NCBI RefSeq assembly: GCF_035084215.1
Contig: NC_090352.1
Location: 5,642,001-5,706,000, forward strand
Direction: 5' to 3'
DNA: 64,000 nucleotides
Source of the DNA: Heptranchias perlo
Lineage: Eukaryota
Positions 22,455 through 36,164 of the stretch are shown piece after piece (position 1 is the stretch's first letter; the number at the start of each line of letters is the position of its first letter). The position numbers and the translations under genes are program-made. The notes beneath the pieces are model-generated. The model did not search any database. It saw nothing but the letters and a program-made list of their open reading frames with translations, and was not told the DNA's origin.

Positions 22455-22805
22455 ATGCCACAAGGAGGATCTATCCTTGGCCCCTGCCTCTTCCTCATCT
22501 GCCTGCTGCCCTTGGGATCAGACATGGGGTCAGCTTCCACATGTATGCTGACGACAACCAGCTCTACCTCTCTTTTGACCCCTCCATTGCCTCTGTGTCC
22601 TCAGACTTCTTGTTCAACATCCAGTCTTGGATGAACTGCAATTTCCTCCAGCTAAACACAGGGAAGATCGAAGCCATTGCCTTTGGCCCCTTGCCACCGA
22701 TTCCACCCTCTCCTTGGCCACTGTCTCAAGCTGATCCTGACTGTTTGTGACCTCAGCATGGTATTCAACCCTGTGCTGAGCTTCCATCCCCCTATTCTCT
22801 CAATC
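22455..22805 (+). mobile_element. L2 LINE RT fragment
   Basis: PQGGSILGP, YADDNQLYLS and IQSWMNCNFLQLNTGKIE. Confidence 0.85.
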
Positions 22806-23124
22806 TATAGAGCTAACTCCACAATCCCACACACCCAGCAGGAACTGTGGTCACAGAGAGCACGAGTCAAAGAATCAGGACCACCTTGTTGCAGCCTTAT
22901 CTCTGATCCATGCTCCCTTCCAGCATGGCTTCCCTGCTGGGTACCCTTAATTTATCAAGTAGAACATTGTGGAGCAATAAACAAGTTAAAAAGAATGAGG
23001 CTGTCACAATCAGTGCTTTAGATAGAAACCTCCCATCTCTCATAATACGTCTTACCTTCTAGAGCATTGAATCTAGATACAAAGTTACACTGAACTTCTC
23101 AAAATTCATAGAAGTGCAATGATG

Positions 23125-23515
23125 ATTGTGGGTTCAAGCCCCACGCTAGAGACCTGAGCACGTAATCTAGGCTGACATTTCACTGCAGTACTGACGGAGT
23201 GCTGCACTGTCAGAGGCGTTGTCTTCCAGATGAAATGTTAAACTAAGGCCCCGTCTACCCTCTCAGAAGTGCTATCTGAAGAAGAGCAGGGGAGTTCTCA
23301 CAATCACCTGCCCAATATTTATCCCTCAGCCAATGTCACTAAAGTAGATTATCTGATCATTATCATATTGCTGTTTGTGGGTCCTTGCTGTGCACAATTT
23401 GGCTGACCATGTTTCTACAATGACTACATTTCAAAAGTGCTTCATTGGTTGTAAAGTGCTTTGGAACATCCTGAGGCTGTGAAAGGTGCTATATAAATGC
23501 AAGTTCTTTCTTCCT
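23125..23515 (+). mobile_element. Deu-domain tRNA-SINE, near full length
   Basis: B-box GGTTCAAGCCC, Deu core GTCTTCCAGATGAAATGTTAAAC, tail GTGAAAGGTGCTATATAAATGCAAG. Confidence 0.85.
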
Positions 23516-24474
23516 TTCTTTCATTCAGGCAGGGAGGTGGTCACTGCTAACAAGGCTGGGATGGGGGATGGGGTTGGGGGTGAGGAGCAGTTTGCAGCTA
23601 GGTTGGGTGGGAAAAGTCAAGTGGTGCAAACCCTTTTAAGCTCAGGAGAGTTCTACTGCTCAAAAAATTGGTGAAACTCTCAGAAAAGTCAGAGAGCCCA
23701 AGTTTGCTCTGCTGTTAATCAAATTACATTGAGCAATATGTTTAATACAGGAGGACTTGAGTGAAATGCTCCTGGTGCAGGCGGGGCCCAATCCTTGGGC
23801 TGATTCCTTCCCAACCAAGGCTGAATCTGTGGGGAAGCCAAACCGCCATATAGCACGTGTAGATCTGAGCTACTCTGGCAGAGGGCGTGACCTCAGAAGA
23901 GCATAGGATGTTTAAATCGCAGTGAGTGTTATTGAGAAACACTGAGAATTGGACTGAAATTTGCATCAGAAATCAACACAGAGCTCGGTTTAGTTTAAAG
24001 TGCACTGGGAAGGAGTCACGTGCGATATGGGAGTAAGTTGGATGGTGTCCCTGTGGAAATCCTATGAGAGTAAACCATTTGACTCCACAACCATACACGG
24101 TTCACCTCACAGGCCCTGAACAGGTATTTGATGTTGTGTCACTATTTGCTGCAAAGTAAGGCACACAAAGGAAGAGAGATAATAACATGGGGTCAGCCTC
24201 CCCCAAGTCTCACAGCTGCAGTTCAGTCTTTTGTGATACAGGAATTGATTAAACGTGTTAATCAGAGGATTGGTGCAAAAGAAGATATGAGAGAAAGAAC
24301 AGCAGAGTCAGAAGGGAGACAAGATCAGCTTTAGTTAACACTCAAAGAAATTGTGACACTTAAAAAAGAGAAGACAAATAGGATGACCTAGAAAATGATT
24401 CAAGAAGTAGCAATCTGCTTAGTGGGTCACTGGAAGGAGTTGAGTGAATCAATACTTTAGTTACCTGCAAGGTA

Positions 24475-25000
24475 ATGTTCTCATCCCTGAGTCAGAAGGT
24501 TGTGGGTTCATGGCCCCACTCCAGGGCTTGAGCCCATGATCTAAATACGTTTCCTACATTACAACAGTGACTACACTTCCAAAAAAAAGTACTTTGTTGG
24601 CTTTAAAGCGCTTTGGGAAGTCCTGAGGCTGTGAAAGGCGCTATAGAAATGCAAGGTCATTCATAAATGAACACGTCAGTGCAGTACCGAGGGAGCACTG
24701 CATTGATGGAGGTCCTGTCTTTCAGGTGAGGTAATTAAACCAAGGCCCCATCTGTCTGCTCAGGTGAGCATTAAAGATTCCAGCGAAGAAGGGCAGCGTC
24801 CATGGATAATACTCCTGCTTGAACCGGCACTGCCATGATTAGTCATCTCATTTACCGTTAGTGAAACTTTGTTGTGTTTAATTGGCTGCTGCTTTGCCTA
24901 CACAATAACAGTGAGTGCACTTCAAAATTAATTCACTGGTTATGAAGCACTTTGGGGGGTCCCGAGGACCTGATAAGGTGCGATTAGAAATGTCAGTTCT
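24475..25000 (+). mobile_element. Deu-domain SINE with an extra tail segment between head and body
   Basis: Head at 24475-24545, tail piece at about 24549-24658, body and tail at 24672-25000. Confidence 0.7.
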
Positions 25001-25969
25001 TTATTGCAGTACAGTTGAGCCCAGAAATTCCTGGGGGGAGAGGGGGAATAGATTTGTGGCAGAGTTTAACTTCTACTCAGCCCCACAGATCTACCCCTGT
25101 CCCCACCCGAAATCTTAGGTCTTGGGCACTGGCGTATTGCAGGCAGGCACCGTGAAGTGTGCAGCTGGACATCAGCGAGGAGGGGTGGAGGGTTTCACTG
25201 CAGGGCCATGCCGCAGTATAAGTAGTTGAGTGTTCTTGGGGCTTCGATAAGGTTACCACACTCCGGTTTCTGCTAGATCCATGCTAACTGGTATGTCTGC
25301 TTCATGCCGCCATACATTGGGGATGTTGGGGGGTGGGGGGTGGTGGGAATGAGCGGAACTGGCAGGAATTTCGGTGGACGATGTCATCTTGCCAGTCCCG
25401 CCTCTCTTGGTGCCATATGCACGTCTCGGAGCAGACGCGGGACGTGCCCGCATCCGGCAGAAATTTCAACGTAGAGAAAAGAGTGCGTAGTGCCTAGCAC
25501 AACAGGGCCCCAGCAGAAATTCCACCCCTGACCAACCAGATTATATATATTTGGTGTCCCCTTAAAAAAGTAGGAATTTCAGGCCTTGGAGGTCCAAGTT
25601 GTGGACTGTCCGCCGTGGCCAGAAGCCACTGGAGGCGACAAGGCTGTGTCGCTGGATATAAAGCCACTTCAAGTGAGGGATTTCAGTGGTGACCCTGAAG
25701 AAACTAAAATTTGGTACACACGGGTGTTGCGTAACAGCGACTAGGGAGAGAAGAGCTGACTTCAGAATAGAAGTGGATTTAGGAGATCCTTCTGCCAAGC
25801 ATCCTAACCAGGTGCCAACTTATCTTTGGTGGCACAAGAGTCTAGACAATGTCAGCATGTTCAGGAGAGGAGGGTTGTAGATTGAAAAAATAGGAATTGC
25901 TAGATGATAAAAGACCAAGGTCCATCTAATTCGCCTTCTACCATCCTGGTAGTAGCATGAGCTGACTGG

Positions 25970-27152
25970 TAGAGCTGAATTCCAGAGGTGAGGTGAGAGT
26001 GACTGCCCTTGACATCAAGGCAGCATTTGACCGAGTGTGGCAACAAGGAGCCCTAGCAAAATTGAAGTCAATGGGAATCAGGGGGAAAACTCTCCAGTGG
26101 CTGGAGTCATACCTAGCACAAAGGAAGATGGTTGTGGTTGTTGGAGGCCAATCATCTCAGCCCCAGGACATTACTGCAGGAGTTCCTCAGGGCAGTGTCC
26201 TAGGCCCAACCATCTTCAGCTGCTTCATCAATGACCTTCCCTCCATCATAAGGTCAGAAATGGGGATGTTTGCTGACGATTACACAGTGTCTGGTTTCAT
26301 TCGCAACCCCTCAGATAAAGAAGCAGTCCGAGCCCGCATGCAGCAAGACCTGGACAACATCTAGGCTTGGGCTAATAAGTAGCAAGTAATATTCACGCCA
26401 GACAAGTGCCAGGCAATGACCATCTCCAACAACAGAGAATCTAACCACCTCCCCTTGACATTCAACGGCATTACCTTTGCCGAATCCCCCACCATCAACA
26501 TCCTGGGGGTCACCATTGACCAGAAACTTAACTGGACCAGCCATATAAATACTGTGGCTACAAGAGCAGGTCAGAGGCTGGGTATTCTGCGGCGAGTGAC
26601 TCACCTCCTGACTCCCCAAAGCCTTTCCACCATCTACAAGGCACAAGTCAGGAGTGTGATGGAATACTCTCCACTTGCCTGGATAAGTGCAGCTCCAAGA
26701 ACATTCAAGAAGCTCGACACCATCCAGGACAAAGCAGCCCACTTGATTGGCACCCCATCCACCACCCTAAACATTCACTCCCTCCACCACCGACACACAG
26801 TGGCTGCAGCGTGTACCATCCACAGGATGCACTGCAGCAATTCGCCAAGGCTTCTTCGACAGCATCTCCAAAACCCACGACCTCTACCACCTAGAAGGAC
26901 AAGGGCAGCAGGCACATGGGAACAATAAATCACACACCATCCCGACTTGGAAATATATCGCCATTCCTTCATCGTCGCTGGGTCAAAATCCTGGAACCCC
27001 CGACTAATAGCACTGTGGGAGAACCTTCACCACACGGACTGCAGCGGTTTAAGAAGGCGGCTCACCACCACCTTCACAAGGGCAATTAGAGATGGGCAAT
27101 AAATGCTGGCCTTGCCAGTGAGGCCCACATCCCATGAACGAATCAAAAAAAA
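25970..27152 (+). mobile_element. 5'-truncated non-LTR retrotransposon (CR1/Jockey-group RT, distinct from canonical CR1; family B), nested in the 3'UTR of a CR1-like element
   Basis: [36 protein letters not shown]; stop codons; tail GGGCAATAAATGCTGGCC...CCCATGAACGAATC(A)n; host sequence GCATGA|TACAATG is split with ATGA duplicated. Confidence 0.9.
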
Positions 27153-28272
27153 TGATACAATGATAATGGAGTTGTTGACTAATCATAGCAATCAATCTCT
27201 ATCAATGAGTCTACAACAGACCCAGACATGAGGTGAGGAAAACCCCAGTGGTGGAGAGCTTTGGGAACCATAGGTCCAAAGTCCCCTGTTCCTCCCGAGC
27301 CTGTTGCACTTACCACATCATGTCCCAAATTACTCATGGACAGTATCCCAAAATGTTATTTCCTGAAAGAAATTGATCTAATTTGCATTTGAATGAACCA
27401 ATACTAACTGCTCCCACTGTCTCCTTGGGGAGTCTGTTCCATAGATTGACCACTCACTCACTGAAATATTGAGGGGAGGGCGCCGGTGAGTCCAAAAACA
27501 GCTGAAGAACCCGACAAGGCTGGGGATGCAGAGGTCCTGCCAATCTTAACAGCCTCATTTGCATCTTGTAGCTCCGCCTCCCACCTGGCAGCTGGCCAAA
27601 TGGACAACCTGGCCAGCGGGTGGGAGGGAACACCAGCGGCAGAAGAACGCAGCCGGGGACCCTTGGGGGTGGTCCTCGGCAATTGGGAGTGGTGGAGGTT
27701 GGCGATCGGGAAGGAGGGAGGCCTGCGATCGGGTGGGTTATGGGGGTCGAAGGAGGTTGGAGATCAGGGCTGGGGGAGGACGAAGGCTTCCTTGAGGGGC
27801 CTGGGGGGAGCACTCCTGCTCCTCCTGGTGCACAAGGAGTGCAGAAAGAGCCACTTACCTTGGGGAGCCGGAAGTTCCCGCCTCCATTTCATTGTCGAGT
27901 TTCCCGATCCCTGAGAAACCCATGCTGCAAGAGTTCATTTCAAATTGGGCTCCCAATTGCACAGTCGGAGCCCGATTTAAATATGTTAATAATTTTTAAT
28001 CCTGTATCTCCATGGTGAGACACTCGGACGCCCCGATATCCGTCGTCGTAAAAATGGCGGCGGTCGCGTGCGCAGCGTGTTGGGGTCGTGTTTCGCGAAT
28101 TTCACTTTTTAACCCCTCCCCCGTCCCTTTCCCGCCCATTGTGGGGGGGGGGGGTGTTAATACCAAGGCCATTGTTTCCGCAAATTAGTTTTGAATTTAC
28201 GTCCTTTCAAGCGCAGGCCGTGTCCTCTGGTTCTACTGCTCTGGACAAGGTGAAGCAGCTCATCGTGGTCTG
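27153..28272 (-). mobile_element. CR1-like 3' region interrupted by a GC-rich Harbinger-type MITE (about 27471-28170)
   Basis: Continuation of the 25890 repeat; GC-rich insert ends AATACCAAGGCC-ATT and shares GGAGCACTCCTGCTCCT with 10064-10663. Confidence 0.6.
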
Positions 28273-28979
28273 AGCAAGAGCAACTCATAAAATAACTAAA
28301 TATCCAGAAGGTCTTTCACACTTTGGAAATTTGGACACTGAGCAGGGATTGGGTGAAAAAGTTAGAAGAATTGATAAAAGGCAAAGTCAACGAGACAGAA
28401 TTTGGGTGGAGACTAATGAAGCAAGGCAGAGAGGTTTAGGAAGGGAGTTCCAGAGAGCAGGATCATGATGGCTGGAGGCTCAGTCGAGCAGAGGGTGTGA
28501 GTTGGGTTGTAGGGTTCGAGCAGGGAGGGTGGAATGAAGCCTTGTAGATCGGGATGAGGATTTTGAATTCAATGCATTGAGGGATGGGAAGCCAGTGGAA
28601 TTGGTAATGGATGATGGTGATAGATGCCTGGGATTTCATGTAGGCTAGGATGCAGACAACTCAGTTCACGATGTGGAAAATCGTGACAGGCACACGACAG
28701 AATTCCCAATATGTGCTGTAGGCAGCCTAAGCTCCACACAAGTAATCCACTTTCTGGAAATTCATCATGGTCTGCAAGAAACGGCATCTATTTAGGGATT
28801 AGTAAGGGGCTGAGGATGGAACCAGAGGTGATGGTGTGGGTAGGGAGGAGAAGTCATTGCAGGCGATATGCTGGGTTTGTAGGTAGGGATGGAACCATGA
28901 GAGGGCCTTTGCCACAGAGATGAAGTGGTAAAATTACATTGTATAAACAATAAAGTGTACCATACCTGTATTTGTCTCT

Positions 28980-29310
28980 CTTCAGTGCAGCACAAAGGGC
29001 GTGTCGGAGGTCTTTTGGATGAAATGTTAAACCAAGGCCCTGTCAGGTGGCTACAAAATACCCTATGGCATTATTGCAGGAGAGTTTCCTGGTGTCCTGG
29101 CCAACATTTATCCCTCAATCAACATCATTAAAAAACAAATTATCTGGTCTTTTACCTCATTTACCTCATTGTGGGACCTTGCCGTGGGCAAGTTGGCTGC
29201 CCCGTTGCCCTACATTACAACAGTGACTACACTTCAAAACTATTTAGTTGGCTGTCAGGTGCTTTGGGATGTCCTGAGGATGTAAAAGACGCTATATAAA
29301 TGAGAGTTTT
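28980..29310 (+). mobile_element. Deu-domain SINE body and tail
   Basis: GTCTTTTGGATGAAATGTTAAACCAAGG...GGTGTCCTGGCCAAC...tail. Confidence 0.8.
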
Positions 29311-30114
29311 CTTTCTCTTAGTATTGCTCGCTCTCTCTCAATTACACATATTTCCAAAGGGACATACCTCTCCCTGTTTATCAGCCCAGTTATATTTTGA
29401 ATGTGTCCAAATCGAATGCCAATGAGTTTGACTGCAGGCTAATTTGTACGGCTGCCAGGAATTTCAATGCACCACAGCACAGACTCAAAGTAGAGGCTGA
29501 TGAATTGAAATAAAGACACTGCTCTCAGTTGAAACCCATTGGCCAGAGCAGACAGGTTTCACCTTACCTCCATACCAGGAGATTAAAGGGAATGCAAGTG
29601 GGCCAGTCAGCCTGACCAGTAACCATGGCAGCGTTGCAGCATGGGATGTTTTTGAGTTAAAAAAAATACCAATCGGATGGAAAATCTTTGAGAGCTGATG
29701 GAGAGTTTACCCTGCAGTAATTCAATCAAATGGTTGATGATTTAATAAACTGAGAGCATCAGCAGAATTCTGAGATAGAATTACTGCATTAACTCGCTGC
29801 CTTGCATTAATCATTCCTCGTGTTATAGCGTTTCAAGAGTTCTTTTTTGTTTTTCTTGTTTTAAACTTTTATTTAGGTGACACCTTGAGCATGACAGAGG
29901 ACATGTGATCAAGGCGAAAGGTTATTAAGGATGAGAGCAGTCTAGGACCTGAAGGTGTAAGGGATTGCATGGCTGGTGTCACAGTGGTGATGAGACTGTC
30001 ATTCTTCGAGCACTGGTTCAAAGGGCTGACCCCAATGCTAGACTGCGAGGTCAGCTCACTTACATAATATTGCACAGCTCCCGGAGCACAGCACATTGCA
30101 CTAAGAGCACACTG

Positions 30115-30452
30115 GAACATGGAACCAAAGGACCAGGAGAAGGCCATTCAGCCCCTCGAGCCTGCTCAGCCATTCAATTAGATCATGGCTGATCGACACC
30201 TCAACTCCATTTTCCCATCTTTGCTCCATTTTCCTTGATACCGTCACCCAACAAAAATCTACCGTTCCCAGTCTTGAAAGTTTCAATTGACCCAACATCC
30301 ATCGCCTCCTGGAAGAGATAGTTCCAGATTTCTACCACCCTTTGGGTTAAAAAGTGCTTCCTGATTTCAGTCCTAAACAGCCTAGCTCTAATTTTAACAT
30401 TATGCCCCCTTGTTCTGGATTCCCCCACCAAAGGAAATTGTTCCTCTGTATC
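30115..30452 (-). mobile_element. CR1 3' fragment
   Basis: ESRTRGH...FLTQRVVEIWN ORF2 C-terminus plus 3'UTR. Confidence 0.85.
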
Positions 30453-32921
30453 TGGGGTCAGGAGGGCGAGTTACCCAGCACCAGCAGCTGTTAAAGAGCT
30501 GCTGGTTGCCCTTAAAGATGTCCTGGTACTGAGTGGGAGAAATAGCAGGGGAAAGTCGATGAAACAGATGAATAACTTCATTCCAAGATGCAGCTTTGGA
30601 AGTCCTGCTGCTGGAAGTCCTGCAGAGAAAGTGTGGACTTATTTGGAGTTGAGGAACATCTTCTAGGGAAGAGCAGTGTCAGAGCAGACTAAATGGAGGT
30701 GGCAGGAAGAGTCAATCCTGTCTCTCCTCTGTACTGATCCAGGGACGTGCTGAGGGAAAAAAATTGCTGGTCTCCGAAACTGTGGAAGGCTAAGTTTGTT
30801 CACACATAAATGTATAACCTCGCTTTGCACTATATCTTAACAGCACTTCATTGTAAGAGGGAGAACACACAGAACTCTTGACAACCATTCATCTATTTTC
30901 TAATTGCACTGGCATACCCATGTCTCACCAGGGCATTGCTGCTATGCCAGTGTGTTTGCCCTGTGGCCCATTAAATGTGGCAAGCAACAAATAGCAAGCA
31001 CACTACCAGCATGAGGTGCTGTTGGGCTGGGCACTTGAGTGACACACATATTCCCTCAGATTCCTCCCTTTTCTATCTCATTGCAGGAAAAGGCTGCACG
31101 TAACAGATGAGAGCGCATACAGACTGGAGGATGTTCACGCTATCAAAGTCCCTTGACGTCTTATGAGGAGAAAGCAGTGGAGATGCTTGACCTGAAGGCA
31201 CCAGGGGATCAGGGGAAGGAGAAATCTGAGGCCTTCCATGTGCTCATGGCTTGTATCAACCTTCTCCATACATACTCATTCACTCCCACATACAAAGGCA
31301 TATACTGCAGCACTGCAGCTCCACACACAGTGCAGAAACCAGGCAGCTGGGCAGTTAAAATGCCCCATATGATTTACCCCCTATGATCCTGAGGGTCCCT
31401 ATCTTAACCTAATCTTTTTAAAGGGCGAGCAGGACACCCGTTAGAAGGCAGTAGGGTCCTGCTTTAAATTTGCAGATCGAGTGTGCAAACCCTTGTGGTT
31501 TTCCCACCAGGTAAGACCGGACGGGAAGAGGAGTCTGGGCCACAAGAGGCTCAGAAAGGTAAGTTTATCTTAATTTTGTTTTTGTTTCCTTGTGGCCCAG
31601 GAGGGAATCAGGTTGAGGCAAACACGACGCAAGTTTTCAGCAAAGCCATTGCAGTCCAGCGAACTGCTCCCACCCAATAATCTTTGAACATCCTGAGGAG
31701 ATGCTCAGCAGGAAGGAATGGCAGGAGCCAGCACCGATCACGGAGCTATCTCTGAGGATGATGCCACATCCAGCCACCCCAAGTCCTGGTACCTGGTGTG
31801 TCATGTAGTGTACAGGCACAGGTACAGGTAGCCAGTGCATCAGTACCCATGGGAGCCTGAAGCTGCAGAGTCATCTACTGACTCAGCACAGGGAGGTACT
31901 GGAGCACCACTATCCCCTGAGGCAGACATTGACATCCAGGAGCCAAAGGCTTCACTTCCTCCACCCATTGAGCAAACACATAGATGGAACACACAGTTAG
32001 GAATTAGAACACACATGCCATACACACTCACCAAGGAGAAACACAGGGCAAGATATACTGAACATCACACACACACGCACACACACACACACACACCCCA
32101 AATCCCCAAACCCTTCTCAAAATATTTTGTTGCATCTTTGATCTTTACTGGTCTCCCTATTTTAGTATCATCAGCCAATTTTTGATTTTGGAATCCAAGA
32201 CATTACTATATATTACAGACAATAGGGCTGTAGACAAGTGCCCCTGTGGGACTTCACTCAATTCCATCCCCCAGTCTGACATTACACCTGTCATAAATAC
32301 AATCTACTTCCCAGCTTTGTTTAACCAGTTTCTTATCCGGGTCCATGTTCTACCCTGGATTTCTGTGGCTTTTAGTTTTTGAAGACTTTATCCAAACAAC
32401 AATATAGTAAGGAGTTTCATGATGTAATTTATCTGTCATGCCTTCAAAGAATCAATGATGTTTGTCAGACGGAATCTTCCCTAGCTCATCCCATGCTGTC
32501 TGAATCCTATTAAATTATTACAATAGAGTTGCATCTTCAACCTATCCTTTAGAATAGATTCCATTATCGATGTTAAGTTAGTGGGCTGGTAGCTGCCTGG
32601 GACTAATTTGTCACTTGTATGTATTATGTCAGCTTAGCTCTGAGACTAGTACTCTTGACTCTCAGTCAGAAAGTCATTGGTTCACAGGTCCACTCTGGGA
32701 CTTGAGCACCTAATCTAGACCGACACTTCCATGTTGTAGTCAGAGGGAGCGGTGGAATTTCATCTGCGCCCCTCAGGATTCTTCAGCGGACGCTAGCCAT
32801 CATAACCTTTAGGTTACTAGTCCATAACCACCTGGGTACCATGCCTTTTCCTTGTATTGCTCATATCCTTTGTTTCACTTATTCCCATTTTTATTGCTGC
32901 AGTTATCCATTTGAAGACAAT

Positions 32922-33069
32922 GTGGGTAATTTCCAACTTCACCCTTGGGCGGTCGCCTGGATTGCCCTCCCGTTGTAGAACCCGTCGGATTTTTATCCCA
33001 TTCCAATCAATGCTACGAAAATCAGGCGGATTTTACAACCGGCAGGCGATGTGGTCGAAAATTACCCCC
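32922..33069. mobile_element. Short Harbinger-type MITE
   Basis: GTGGGTAATTT...AAATTACCCCC; TSD AAT at 32919-32921 and 33070-33072; internal inverted repeat. Confidence 0.75.
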
Positions 33070-33312
33070 AATTTATTTAGCTTACATGATTTCCTTACAT
33101 AGTCAACATTATAGTTTTAAAGATGTTGGGGGAAAACATTGGATAAGGGTCCGTTTCGGCGCGATGTGCTCGTACCCCGCGCCCAATGGACCCTACGCAG
33201 GCAGCACGTGAACTTCGCGTGCACAGCGCACGTCATCAGCAGACTGAACCTCTTAAAGGTGCAGAGGCACATTTCAAATGGCAGGTACACAGCTTACTTG
33301 GAGAAGGGAAAG

Positions 33313-35230
33313 ATGGCCACGAGGATAGCAGGACCGGCACGAGAGAGGGCTCCATGCTTCTCCGATGGTGCTCTGGAGGCCCTGGTGGCGGGGATGGACA
33401 AAAGGAGGGCCAACATGTACCCGCAGGGTGGCTCGAGTCCCTCCAGACTGCAGCTCCGCAGGCACTGGCATGCTGTGGAAGTAAACGCCAGGAGCATGGC
33501 ACCACGCATGTGGGTGCAGTGCTGAAAAAAGTTCAGTGATTTGACACGAGTGGTCAAGGTGAGTGAATGCAAGTGTCAAGTGGCACATCCAACGAACTGC
33601 ACCACTGCTCCAGGCATCACACTCCCCGTCACCCACCCACCCACCAACAAACACTCATCCATACGCAATGCTGCAGTCGGCATGCTGCATCTCACCCGCA
33701 CATAGTACCACACTTTCAGGCCACACAGCCACCACTCACAGGTCACACAAACTGGCAGCTATTGGACCATGACTGGCACATCACCCACTCACCTTGCAGG
33801 ACACTCACTGACACACTGTCCTCTGTCTTGCAGGAGAAGGTGGCGTACAACACCCAGCAGCAGGAGGGACCTGAGGGTGGACGGGCACGTTTACACGTCC
33901 TCACCCCCTGAGAGGAGATGGGGCTCCGGATCATTGCGTGGGCCGTCGCTGCAGCCGTCACAACGTGCCACGCTGGAGGTCCCGGTGAAGGGGGGGGGGT
34001 CTCTGCATATCTAATGCTCCTTCTCCTTTTCCACATCTCCCCCCGCCCATATTCTTTTCTGACTCACGTGCTGCACATGCTGTCAGCACACACCTCTTAC
34101 TTGCTCCTCTCCCCACTCCACAACTCAACCTGTTTCCCTTTGTCATTGCAGATACCCAAGAACATGTGACAGCACTCTCTGAGGAGGAGGAGGAGGAGGA
34201 GGACACTGAAGCCACCCTGTCACTCGATCTGACATTTGCTTCCACTAGCTCAGAGACTGACACTGCGCGTCCTTTAGAGGTTAGGTTAGAGTAGGGATCT
34301 GCACGTGGTGAGACACCGAGCACAAGTGCGCAGGAGCCGGGGCAGAGGGAACGGATACCACAGGTGCCAGCTCGCTGGAGGACGAGGTTGCTCACTAGTT
34401 CTGCTGCAGAGGAGTCAGATGAGGACTTCGATGGGCCAGGCTACAGAAGACTGCTGATGGGCGTACACAACCAAATACTTGGGGCACTGGAAAACCTGCC
34501 AGAAAGCCTGCGCATAATGAGAAGGGGCATGGAGGAGTCCAGCTCCAACTTGGCGCAGGGCTTTGTGCAGAGCTTGGAGCCCATTCCTTCCAACATGGAA
34601 CTGGTGGTCACCTCCATCAGCGCACCTGTGGAACCCACCATGATGCATCATCTGATGACCAATGTCACAGCTTCCATTGCAGCACAAACATCTGCCATCC
34701 AAGGTGTGACTGCTGCATTTGCAGCCCAGACTGCTGCACTTGGAGCTCAGACTGCTGCCTTGGAAGCTCAGACTGCTGCTATCGTGGGTCTGGGGACCAC
34801 TGTAGAACGGGGCTTCCAGGACGTCACAACACTCCAGCAATCCGTTCTCCAGCTGATCACCAGGATTGCTGAGGCACCGCCCCGGGAGAGTGGCAGTGAC
34901 GCCATGGCAGTCAGACCTGCTGTCCTTTCTCAGGACGACAGCATTCCTGCTCCCACCCCTGCCAATCTGCCAGTGCTCCTGTTGTTGCCTCTCAGCCAGC
35001 CAGGCCAGTCTGCTGCAGCCAATGCTGTGATGGTGCAGTCTGAAGCCGGGCCCTCCCGGCCCAGAGCTGCTTGAAGTTGTCCTCCAAGGCCATCTGCACG
35101 CTGCTCCATTGAAGGCCAGCAGCCTCCCACCACCCATGCTCCAGCCACTGGGGAAGCACCTCGTAGGAGCACTAGGCTAGGTAAAGGCACACGAACAAAA
35201 GGCACTAAGAGAATGAACAGGGGTGAATAG
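33313..35230 (+). pseudogene. Harbinger Myb/SANT-like DNA-binding protein, 3 exons (about 33313-33558, 33834-33990, 34152-35230), with stops
   Basis: RAPCFSDGALEALV...W..V.VNA..R.WVQC*KKFSDL; donor AAG|GTGAGT at 33558; acceptors TTGCAG at 33833 and 34151; acidic tract and AQTAA heptad-like repeats. Confidence 0.8.
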
Positions 35231-35306
35231 TTCTGTTATGTGTGCATAATTTAATTTATTCATCGATAAATGAGACATTGATTTTGCATTTGGTGGTGGT
35301 TTTTAT

Positions 35307-36164
35307 TTATGCAATGAGCTGAGAGGGACACCAATGTGTAATCAGATAGAGGGCAATTTGATTGTCTTGTGGGAGAGGAAAGGTGGGGAATGTAGGACTG
35401 TTGGTGAGTTGGGGGATAGCCCTTGTTGCCCAGTAGCCAGCCTTTGACTTGCTGAGTCGGGTGAAAGATAGCTGACACGTTGGCCGCATGACAAAGGCGT
35501 TGTGACTATTCCCAGGGTAGCGGGCATCGACCTCCATGATGCGATGTGTGTGGTCACACACCAGCTGCACGTTGAGGGAATGGAAGCCCTCTCGATTGAC
35601 AAAGAAAGCCGAGTTGATGTGCAGGGCATGCAGGGCAATGGCATCCTTCACCATGGGGAAGCCAGCAATGTGGGCGAACCCCCGTGCTCGCTCGTTCTGC
35701 TTGTCTCTGTTGAGATGGAAGGTGATGAACCTGTTCCTCACGTGATACAGAGTGTCCGTGACCTCCCTTAAGCAGCAGTGCATTGCATACTGCGAGATGT
35801 TGCACATGTCACCTGCGGAGGCCTGAAATGCTCCTGAGCCATAGAAATTCAGCGCCACGTTGACCTTCACAGCCACAGGCAGTGCTGCCCTCGCCCTGCT
35901 CTGGGGCTGCAGTTGTGGCCGCACCAGTTGACAGATCTCGGTCACGGCTTCCTTGGTGAACCTCAGGCATTGGATGCAATCCTCCTCGGTCATGTTGAGG
36001 TAAGAGAATTGGTCCTGGAAGGCCCTCATTGAGTACGGCCTCCTGCTCAGTGCCCTGCGCCTCCTCGTCCTCCGTCTCCTTGCAGCTTGACCTGCTGTGC
36101 GTGGCCTCTCTGCATGCTCCCAGTCATGCTCAATGCCCAGTGGGAGCCCTAGCAGACCGCCCAT
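35307..36164 (-). pseudogene. Harbinger (HARBI1-like) DDE transposase, inactivated and C-terminally truncated
   Basis: LRFTKE, LPVAVKVNVALNFYGSGAFQ, GFHSLNVQLVCD, YPGNSHNA, and frameshifted GWLLGNKGYP. Confidence 0.92.

Noticed and set aside
34364-35074. Independent 236-aa gene with AQTAA repeats
   Set aside because: It is the last exon of the Harbinger Myb/SANT gene
35307-36164. Host HARBI1 gene
   Set aside because: It lies inside a TIR/TSD-bounded element with a convergent Myb ORF and is mutated, so it is a transposon copy rather than the domesticated gene
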